Below, in pieces: positions 39,508 to 49,892 of a stretch of 64,000 nucleotides of DNA (positions are counted from its first letter, which is position 1; every line of letters begins with the position of its first letter). The notes under the pieces were generated by a model that made no database searches, had not been told where the DNA came from, and saw nothing but the letters and a program-made list of their open reading frames with translations. The stretch lies in contig JAWMAR010001356.1 in the NCBI GenBank assembly GCA_036785375.1, positions 124,001 to 188,000 on the forward strand. The letters run 5' to 3'. The stretch comes from Leucoraja ocellata (Eukaryota). A program made the translations under genes and the position numbers.

Positions 39508-39777
39508 GAGAGGCGGCGCACATCTGTCCGCACTCCAGGCCAGTAGCAATCGGCACTTCTCGCCGACCGCCGCTGCGTAGACGGCGGCCGGTTATCCCAG
39601 GCCAACCAGCGAGCCGTGGCGCTAGGGTATCGTTACGTTTAGGCGGGATTCTGACTTAGAGGCGTTCAGTCATAATCTCGCGGATGGTAGCTTCGCACCA
39701 TTGGCTCCTCAGCCAAGCACATACACCAAATGTCCGAACCTGCGGTTCCTCTCGTACTGAGCAGGATTACTATTGCA
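39508..39777 (-). rRNA. Isolated 28S rDNA 3'-region fragment including the sarcin-ricin loop (pseudogenic)
   Basis: Reverse complement reads taatcctgctcAGTACGAGAGGAACcgcaggttc..gactgaacgcctctaagtcagaatcc. Confidence 0.93.
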
Positions 39778-40396
39778 CTATTTTGGACAGTGCAATTTCT
39801 TTTATTGTTTCTTTTTTTTCACTTTTGTGATAAATTAGTCCGCAGACTCTCACCCAGAGTCCCGCTGTTTTACCACTGTGTGTTCCTTCCACAGTCTTTT
39901 CTGAGACTTTTGCACTACACAACACACCACACAATCTTCCAAGTGTCTCTGAAAATCGTGTTCCCGAAAATCTCCGGGCACCCCACCTATCTCCCCGTAC
40001 AGAAAAGACAATGTTCATGTGGGCAGGACTTGCCCCGGAAGTCAGTCCGGATTTGACGTACGAAATCCCCGCGAAAGGCCACCAATCACATCCTCATAGA
40101 GACTTCCGAGGGGAACTCGTTAACCATATCCGGGACTGCCCGTACCAGAAATGCGATTTGCTGTTCGGCGGTAGTCTGTCCGGTGGTCCTGCCGGGAAAG
40201 TCGCAAGGCGGACCGGCAGAGGGCCACAAATCGGACCTCACCTACTTCCGGTGGCAAATCGTTAACCGGCGGCGGGCATAAATTAATGACGGGCAGTTGT
40301 CCGGAAGCCCTTCAGCAAACTATTGGCAGTTAACTTTTCAGCTACATCAACCTCCAGGCACCGAAACTAACCACCCGTACGGGAAACAAAAAGAGA

Positions 40397-40745
40397 GAAT
40401 TCATTAAACAAATGGCGAACTTGTGAACCAACTGGACAACTAATGAACCAAATAGTGGCATTCATTAACCAAGTGGTGAACTCGTGAACCAAGCGCAATA
40501 ATTCATGAACCAAATGGCGAACTCGTGAACCAATTGGGTGAATTCATGAACCGAATGGAGAATTTGTGAACCAAGTGGGAACATATTTCACCAGTCCAAG
40601 TAATTAATGAACATAATTGTGATCTCATGGCCGAAGTGGGAGAATTCATAAACTTATCAGCTAACTAAACACACGGGAGAATTCATTAAGTAGCCAAGTA
40701 ACAGACATTCGGTGCGCTGTCAGATCTGGGAGAATACATTAACCA
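40397..40745. repeat. Degenerate ~20-21 bp tandem repeat (gaa[tc]tc[ag]tgaaccaa.tgg.)
   Basis: About 9 clear units to ~40580, then decaying. Confidence 0.8.
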
Positions 40746-41127
40746 ATGGGTTTAGGGTTGAGGTCAGGGGTAACGGGGAGGTGGGTTAATTTTAGGCTTT
40801 GGTGTACGATTAATGTTTGGCTTAACATTGCAGACATCTACGCAGGCCTGCAGTGCAGTGCATCACCACACGGTGGGAGTGTTGACCACCAAATGGGCGG
40901 GTCTGCAGTGCAGTGGATCACCACACGGTGGCAGTGTTGACTCAGATGTCAACGTTTGTAGAAGCCCTGAAACCAGTTAAGATTTGGGATGAAAGTCAAG
41001 GATTTGCAGATGCTGGTTGGAATTACAGCGGGTCGGGCAGCATCTCTGTAGAACATGGATAGGTGACATTTCAGCACAGGAACCTTCACATTTTACTAAA
41101 ATAAATATATTAAGACTAACTAAAATA

Positions 41128-41370
41128 TAGGTAGCACAGTTGTAGAGTTGATGTCTGGCAGTAGCAGTGACCTGGGTTTGACCCTGATCTCTGGTGCTGT
41201 CTGCACAGAGTTTCTATGCTCTATCTGTGACCACACACATTTCCTCTGGATGTTTGCTTTCCTCCCACATACCAAAGATGTGCAGGTTTGTAAGTTAGTC
41301 GGCTTCTGTAAATTGTCCCTAATGTAGGTTAGGTATGGGTGATTGCTGGTCAGCATGGACTAAGTGAACC
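41128..41370 (+). mobile_element. tRNA-derived V-SINE (HE1-like)
   Basis: A/B-box-like head; ttcctcccacataccaaagatgtgcaggtt. Confidence 0.75.
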
Positions 41371-42224
41371 ACTGAATGGGCTGGATTAATACATTGTAAT
41401 TGGCTTAAAATTAAGGCCATGAATATTACACTATAACTTTAGCACTAATTTAACCAGGGAATATAACTAGGTCTAAACAGTGCTGGAGGTACTCAGTGGG
41501 TCAGGCACCATCTGTCTGACACAAAGTGGATGGACAGACATTTTGGGTCAGGAACCTTCTTCAGACTGATGGAATAGGTCAGAAAAAGTGGGGAGAGAGA
41601 AGGGAGCAGGACAAAGCAAGGCGAGTGACAGGTGGATACAGGTGAGGGGGTGGTTGGCAGATGGATGGAGTAGTGACAGAGGCTGGAGGTGAAAAGGACA
41701 TAAAGGTTGTCAGATAAGGAGATGAGAGCATTGAAATACTAAGCCAGAGAGATGGATATGGGTGCAAGGGGAAGGAGGAAAATATAAGATTCAGGAATGA
41801 GAGATGAGCGTACAGAAGGGTAGGAGCGGTGACTGAGTTGTTGGGGAAGTGTGGACACCAGGGTGGGGGTGCAGGGTAAGATGGGAGTTTCCATCAGTAT
41901 ACTCATCTTCCTCTCAAAGTGCCACATTTCCCTTTTACCCCCTTCAGCCCCACCCTGTCCCATTACACCTGTATATCTCCCTCAAGCTTTACATTTCACA
42001 GCTCCTCGCCTTCTGAAACATTCTTACCTCTCAATCTCCAGCCGTTGTCACTTACTCCACAATCAACCCCTCACCTTATCCACCCATCACTTGCTAAGCA
42101 TTACCTCACCTTACCTCACTTTCCCACCTTTCACCCACTCCAGTCTGAAGGATTACAAACAGATACATCTATCCATTTGCTCCGCAGATGCTGCCTGGCC
42201 CACCAAGTTCCTCCAGCTCTCAAA

Positions 42225-42900
42225 ATTCACTTTTAAAACAGCCAAAGAACATTTTAAATATTTGGGAATTGAAATCAATAGAAAATATCAAGCTATGTAT
42301 AACGCTAATTATAGTCCCTTACTTAAGAAATTAAATACTTTAATTAAATTCTGGAAAACGCTTCCTATGTCTTTAATAGGTCGAATAAATGCTATAAAAT
42401 TATCTTTATACCACAGATTCTATACCTATTTCAATCAATCCCTATATCTCTACCAAAAAAATTTTTTTTTTAAACTGGACTCAGACATTATAACATTTTA
42501 TATGGGACTATAAATCCCACAGAATACTAATAACTCACTTGAGCAAAACTAAAGAATTGGGTGGTTTAACACTTCCTAAATGTATGTACTATTACTGGGC
42601 AGTAAATGTCAAATATATGATCCACCTGATGGACAATTCTGCCCAGCAGGTGGATTGGATTATAATGGAGTGAGAGGACTGCTCCCCTTGTAATATTGGA
42701 GCGACTCTCCTCTCACCAATCAACTTGAATAATACTAATTATAATAAAAATCCAATTATACACAGTACAATTAGAACCTGGAAACAAATAAAACATAACC
42801 TAACATTAAGAAATCTATCTCTGTTATCTCCAATAGTTAATAACCCACCGTTTAAACCCTCTATTATAGATAAATCATTTACACAATGGGACAGAATAGG
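42225..42900 (+). mobile_element. L1 ORF2 fragment
   Basis: FKYLGI..W..LPMSLIGRINAIK..GGLTLP..YYWA. Confidence 0.85.
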
Positions 42901-42901
42901 A

Positions 42902-45242
42902 ATTTTACTTCGGAGTCACGTGAGTGACCACGTGAAGATGGCCGTCCAGGCGCATGCGGGTCATCTCGTCAGACGCATTGCGCTGCCACCGCGGTAGGAG
43001 GTGTGGAACCTCTAAGCAGTGAGTGAAGGAAAACATGGACGTAAGTCTTTTGTACTTCTACTTTCAGGCTGCTTTTCTTCGGAGACTGCGTGCAGAGACA
43101 CAGGCAAGTCTTATGTATGGAGAAAGGTGGGAGGAAGAATAGTAAGCACATCGCAGTAAGCACTCAATAAGACAAAGTGTCTGAGAGTAGCGGGCGCCCG
43201 ACTAAAAAGTCGATTGTAAAGAAATTACTATTTTACACGGGAGGGGAAAAGTCCCGTTGAAACTTCCATAGGGAGCAAGGCCATAAAGAAATAACAGACC
43301 TGGAAGACTATGTGGAGTCTGAACTATAGAATTTATAAACTGGAATTCCTCATGGGTAAAACAAACTCCAGAAGGAGTATAAAAGACATGGGCTTAAAGA
43401 GCAACCGCAAGAGGTTCTGGGAAACGTTGGCCCAGATTTGAGCCAGCGACTGAAATGCCTGATGATAAAGATGAATATATGGGCTGACCTGACACGGAGG
43501 CAGCACCAGAAATGTCTGAAAGACAATACAGGCGTTGGTCTACAGGAGACACAGAATATGGAGCAGCACCCAAAAGTGGGCTGCCAATATACAGCTCAAA
43601 TGAAGAGCTTGATGTAGCCAAAGAGGGACAAAAAAGCATCGGCCTATACTAGAGCCATCGCATGAAATACCTGATGATGAATATACAAGTGAAACCCATT
43701 ATGAGGAGGAATATCCTGAATACTCTGATAATGAACCAGTTGAGGGCCAGAACCCAAAGCAAAAAATAAAAATGCCAGTGCTGGCCCAAAAGGTATATAG
43801 TCCCAGACACAAGGGACAACCTCTTCCAGAGGAAATAGCAGAGAGTATAAATTACCTGCTTTCCCATCAATCACAAGATGCAACAATGGATGAAGTTATG
43901 AACAAATATGAAATCCCGCAGACCTGTGCTCTGCTTGGAGTGCCAGCTGTTAACAAAGAAGTGTGGAAGTATATGGGCATTGTAGTAAGAGCTCAAGAAA
44001 TGAGATTACAGCGGGAATTAAGATTGATTGGGTCAAATATTATGGCATTTGTCAAAGATCTGGAAGAAGGAAATGTGACAATGGTACAACAGGATGTAAT
44101 GGGAATGATGTGGAATGCACATTTTGAAATAAACTGTATTTGTAAAACTGCGTTAAGACCTAACATACATCCTAAGTTTGCAGGGCTCTGTAAACCATCT
44201 AATATACAAATGCCAAATGTACTCTTTGGAGAAGAGCTTGCCAAATAACTAAAGGTTCTCAACGAAGAATCAAAAACCATCGGGATGATGAAACCACCGA
44301 TGTTTGCAGCACAGCTAGAACAAAAAAAGGATTGGGGGTAGTAGAATCATTTTGGACCTCACAAGTCTTAACTCTTTTGTGCAGTATAAACATTTCAAAA
44401 TGGAGACTTGTACTAATGCTTTGCAATTAATTTTAACAGAATGCTATATGGCAAGCATTGATCTCCAAGATGCACATAATTCTGTTGTGGTGCATGTGCA
44501 ACATCGCAGATATTTGAAATGTGTCTGGATGTCTCAAATGTGGCACTTTAAAGCCCCAGATTGTTTACAAAACTGTTGAAGTCCATTTTAGCATTGTTAA
44601 GAACTCAAGGCCATTTGATAATGGCTTATTTGGATGACATTTTAATTGTGGGAGATACTGAAGCCATGACAGCAGCTTCTGTTTTAAAAAGTAAACCTCA
44701 CATTTCAAAGAATGGGATTTGTCATTCATTCAGAGATATCCAGACTGACACCTAACAAAATAATTGATTACTTGGGGTTCACTATTAATTCAGAACACAA
44801 GACAGTGAGCTTACCCAAGGACAAAAAGTTGCAAGTGATTAAGGGTTGTAAGGAGTTAATTGCAGGCAAACAACCATCAATCAGTCAAGTAGCAAATCTA
44901 ATTCACAAGTTAATTGCTTCATTTCCAGCTGTTCTGTTTGGACCACTGAATTATCAGACAGCTGCAGTGCGCAAAGATATCAGTATTGGGAAGACATGCT
45001 GGACGTTACGATAGGCCTATACAACTAACTAACACAGCAATTGAGGATATAAAATGGTGGATTAAAAATGTGGATTACTCTTACAGGAAAATTCTGAATG
45101 AATCACACCCTACCATTTTATAAATAGATGCAAGTGCACTGGAATGGGGAGCTGCGGATGCCATCTCAAGCCGTGGAGGTAGATGGAATGCAGAGGAAGA
45201 ACCTTTGCTCGAGACATATGGCATAAATTATCTTTAATTACT
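42902..45242 (+). mobile_element. Decayed DIRS 5' half (left terminus, gag, partial RT)
   Basis: attttacttcggagtcacgtgagtga terminus; HFKMET and MAYLDD motifs. Confidence 0.88.
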
Positions 45243-47710
45243 AAGTGTATTGGTTCACGAAGCCCGTCGATTTAAAAGTACTGATGTTCGAGGTGCACAA
45301 TTTGCGGGTGAATTTGTTGATGTGAATCGGTGTACTGGTTCACGATGCCCGTCGATTTGCTACGGGTCCAGTCATTGCTACACTGGATAGAATGATCATA
45401 TCTGTGGGCTATAATAACATGTTTTGTTATGATTAGTCAAGCAGAGTAGACAGGGACACGGACCAAACTAGATGTTGCATATCCCATGGACCTTGGGTTG
45501 CGTGTGATCATGCATCTACACCAGTATGTCAAGGTCCCTAAGAGCATCATAGACTCTGACTAGCAATATTGTTAGTTACATTAAACCTCGTTAGAAGGAA
45601 TCACTACGAACGTTCAGCAGTACGCCAATCCTCGGGGACTATTCCCATAGCTCCAGATGGACTATTCCCGTACGGTTTGGGGCATGCTGCATGGGTGGCA
45701 GTGAGCAAGCAAATTCTATTTGGAACCCATCTATACTGTGCAGTCTAAACAAGTCAGATGTTACCCACCACCACTCATGCAAAAAGAAACGTAACCTCCC
45801 ACCAACATGCGTTAGACCCACAACCCAAATGTTACATAGTGAACCAGACCCACCTACCTCCGTGTTAGTGGGATTCTGGATTGTTATTTCCTTCCCCGAT
45901 GTTTGGGGATTTGAGGTGCTGGTATGTGCCAGCTGCGCATCTTGGCTGTCGGCCGGTTCGGGCCATGTCCTAATAAAGATTTCCTGCCGGTTCTTTCAGT
46001 CCTCGAGCTGAAGGTGGTTCCCACAGACAGTCTAGTGCTGGTCGAGGCATACGGGTGCTGGCGTTGAAACGATGACTGTCTGTTTGCTGGTGGAGTCCAA
46101 AGTAGCCCCACAGCCTTCGACTCGTCGTCCTGATCCTTCACCTGTCTGGATAGGTCTTCTCCAAACAGTAAATAGGGCGGCTGCACATTACTGGACTTGT
46201 ACAACCCTGCAAACTTGGGGTTGAGAACAGGACGAATGGCATTCTTGCGAAAGCAATTCATTTCAAATTGTGCATTACACAACGATGCCATTGCGTCTTG
46301 TTGAGCCTCAGATAATGCACAGCTGTCCACCGACCTGGCCACTGCTGTCCACCGACCTGGCCACAGCTGTCCACTGACCTGTCCACCGACCTGGCCACAG
46401 CTGTCCACCGACCTGGCCACTGCTGTCCACAGACCTGGCCACTGCTGTCCACCGACCTGGCCACAGCTGTCCACCGACCTGGCCACTGCTGTCCACCGAC
46501 CTGGCCACTGCTGTCCACCGACCTGGCCACTGCTGTCCACCGACCTGGCCACAGCTGTCCACCGACCTGGCCACTGCTGTCCACCGACCTGTCCACCGAC
46601 CTGGCCACAGCTGTCCACCGACCTGGCCACTGCTGTCCACCGACCTGGCCACTGCTGTCCACCGACCTGGCCACTGCTGGCCACCGACCTGGCCACCGAC
46701 CTGGCCACTGCTGTCCACCGAACTGGCCAGTGCTGTCCACAGACCTGGCCACTGCTGTCCACCGACCTGGCCACTGCTGTCCACCCCGATGCCAGCAGGT
46801 TCAGGATTCTCTGTAATTTGACCTCTTGGGCCAATGTAGCTCCAGATGGAACTGTTCACCGCCGGTACCTTGAGGGAGGCACAGTTGCTGGGCGCATGGT
46901 ACCTCATGGCTGTCTCCATCATCACCTGCTCTTGAAGCTGGTGGCAAGCAAGGTAATTAATGCTGGCCGCCAGCTCTTCATCCAGCGGCTCCCCAACCAG
47001 CGACGACATTGCGAACTTGGAGACCATGGTTGGCACATGCACATCTCGCGGGTCCCTTATCGAACGTTCTCCCCGCATCTCAGTGCAATGCGAGTCCGCC
47101 CAGGACTGGTGGTCTACACTCCCATCCTTGGATGGGGAGACATAATGCAGCCCTGCACCAGGCGCTGCTGTGGGCCCCCGAGACCCGCTGTGATATGACT
47201 CCCGACCGAGGAGCATATCATGTTGGAGTATCTTCTCCATAAGATGCTCCACTCGGGAAAGGCGTCCGACAACACTCCCCGTAGGAGGAGGCGAACCCTC
47301 CCGGCCGGACTCATCCGAGTCAACCGGCCTGTTGGACTTGTCCTTCCCGACCCACAGGGTAGCCACAGTGCTCTCCATGGGCACCGAGCCCGAAGTCGCT
47401 GGCTGCGCTGTCAGCGACCGCGATGGTGAAACGGAATGCCGCCCGCTGACCGCACTCCCGCGGTCTTCCGAAGCGGTTCTCCTTGCGAGACTTCACCCTC
47501 GCCTTATCCATGATGTTCTTGCTGTAACAAGACAGAAGACAAAACGACCGCAGACTAAGTTCAAGAACTTACCTGGAGGTCTTTTGAAACTTACCGCTGG
47601 TGAAGCGACGCGCTTGCCAGCCAGTCAGAGCGCCATGCGTTAGACAGAATGACGCGCATGCGGGCTGACGGGGTCTTCACGTATTCATTCACGTGACCCC
47701 AAAGTAAAAT
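45243..47710 (-). mobile_element. Decayed DIRS 5' half, opposite orientation
   Basis: Terminus tcacgtgaccccaaagtaaaat at 47710; gag IRPVLNPKF..LLFGEDL; pol start VGGRLRFF. The inner boundary is approximate. Confidence 0.85.
46321..46783. repeat. 22-bp minisatellite (gacctggccactgctgtccacc)n inside DIRS gag
   Basis: Directly visible, with some 11-bp half units. Confidence 0.95.
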
Positions 47711-48515
47711 GGGGATAAATATGAGGTTATCCACTTTGGTAGCAAAAACAGGAAGGCAGATTATTATCTAAATGTTATCAAGTTGGGAAAAGGGGAAGTA
47801 CAACGGGATCCGGGGATCCTTGTTCATCAGCCAATGAAAGTAAGCATGAAGGTACAGCAGGCAGTGAAGAAAGCGAATGGTATGTTGGCCTTCATAACAA
47901 GAGGAGTTGAGTATAGGAGCAAACAGGTCCTTCTGCAGTTGTACAGAGCCCTAGTCAGACACTACCTGGAGTATTGTGTGCAGTTTTGGTCCCCTGATTT
48001 GAGGAAGGACATTCTTGCTATTGAGGGAGTGCAGCGTAGGTTTACAAGGTTAATTCCCGGGATGGCGCTGTGATACATTGAGAGAATGAAGCAGCTGGGC
48101 TTGTACACTCTGGAATTTAGAAGGATGAGAGGGTATCTTATTGAAACCCTGAATAATCTTATTAGATTATTACAGGTTTGGACACGTGAGAGGCAGGAAA
48201 CATGTTCCCGATGTTGGGGGAGTCCAGAACCAGGGGCCACAGTTTAAGAATAAGGGGTAAGCCATTTAGAACGGAGATGAGGAAACACTTTTTCACACAG
48301 AGAGTTGTGAGTCTGTGGAATTCTCTGACTCAGTGGGCAATGGAGGCCGATTATCTAGATGTTTTTAAGAGAGAGCTTGATAGGGCTCTTAAAGATAGTG
48401 GTCGGGTGATTTGGGGAGAAGGCAGGAACTGATTGGGGATGATCAGACATGATCACATTGAACGGCGGTGCTGGCTTCAGGGCCGAATGGCCTACTCCTG
48501 CACCTATTGTCTATT
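47711..48515 (+). mobile_element. 5'-truncated CR1, decayed
   Basis: RT C-terminus and 3' UTR. Confidence 0.9.
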
Positions 48516-49069
48516 GTGTCCATTTATTCCACAGATGATGCCTGACCCACCAATTACTCCAGCACTGTTGTTCCTGATATAGTGGTGGTCAGAGGATCTG
48601 GGGTGACGGAGGAACTTCAGACTGAGAGATCTGGAAAGATGTGGGAGCAGGACAAAAGCTGGCAAGTGATGTGGATAGACACAAATGCTGGAGTAATTCA
48701 GTGAGACGGGCAGCATCATGGGAGAGAAGGAATGGGTGATGTTTCAGGTAGAGGCTGTCCTTCAGACAACAAATACAAGCAATTGGCACTTGGTGGAGCA
48801 ATGACAAAGGCGAGAGGTGAAGAGGAGACACAAGGTTTAGATGAGGAGAGAGAGATGTGAAGCTGGAGGGCGGGATATGGGTCGAAGGGTAAAGAGGCAA
48901 AGATGAAGGTCAGGGATGGGAGTTGAGTGTGGAAAGAGGGGAAGGTGCAGGATGAATGGGTGATGCGGGGAAAGGGAGAGTCCTCAGTACATTCATCCCT
49001 TTTCCCCATCCTATCCCATTGCACTCATATTCCTTCTACCAGGTTTACAGTTCAGACCTTGCTTTCTCC

Positions 49070-49163
49070 TTCTGAGATGTTCATAATATTCTGAGATGTT
49101 CATAATCTTCTGAGATGTTCATAACCTTCTGAGATGTTCATAATCCTTCTGAGATGTTCATAA
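49070..49163 (+). repeat. 18-20 bp tandem repeat (ttctgagatgttcataa..) x5; single unit at 2270 in copy 1
   Basis: Directly visible. Confidence 0.9.
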
Positions 49164-49863
49164 ATCATAGCGGCGACGACAGAGGGTTCATGGCCCCGAC
49201 CACGGATAAACAGAGGAGGACTGACTGAACCTTGTTGCCTTTCGCCACAGTGAAGAATGCTGTGCTGGATGTTTTGTGTTAAATTCTATTGTGTATTGTG
49301 TGTTCTTTTTAAGTGTATCGCTGCTGGCAAATTTATTTCACTGCACCTTTGGGTGCTGGTAACGAATACAGTTGACTTTGACTTTTACACCTTTAGCCTT
49401 TGTCACTTACTGATTCAATTATTTTTTGTCACATGTACCATGTGAAACAATGAAATGCTTTGTTTTGCATAAAACCTGGTAAAATCACGTGGCTGACCTC
49501 ACCTGGGCAGTACACGATGTTTTGGTGTTCCACCCATCTGGCAATTTCCTCTCCCCCCCCCCCTCCCCCCCCCCCCCCCCCCCCCCTGCATCCAGCCATC
49601 ACTTGCTAGACTATTGCCCCACCTCACATTTCCAGCTTTCTCCCTTTACTCCATCAAGCTGAAGGCTTCTGACCTGATACTTCATTGGTCCATTCCTTCC
49701 AGATGTTGCCTGACCCACTGGTTTACTCCAGCAGACTTTTTTCTCCCTCAAGATTCCAGCACCGTGAATTCTAGTATTTTAAACCAACAATAATCAGGAA
49801 AATACTTTCTCCTCCAAACATTTATTGGTCTGAAACCAGAGGTGGTTCTAAACAGGTCCTTAC

Positions 49864-49892
49864 CTGCATCCCATCTCCATACAGTTCAGGTC
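49864..49892 (-). other. Duplicate of candidate micro-exon B
   Basis: Same splice sites; one difference, CCG>CCT, silent in the LYGD frame. Confidence 0.5.

Noticed and set aside
39508-39777. Functional rDNA unit or R2 insertion
   Set aside because: Only ~270 bp; the R2 target sequence and any R2 ORF are absent.
40397-40745. CRISPR-like array
   Set aside because: Eukaryotic context; degenerate contiguous units with no unique spacers.
49864-49892. Micro-exon as an in-frame leader for the headless Cmu2
   Set aside because: It ends in phase 0 (LYGD frame) or phase 2 (from its ATG), while Cmu2 needs phase 1; it is also not hydrophobic.
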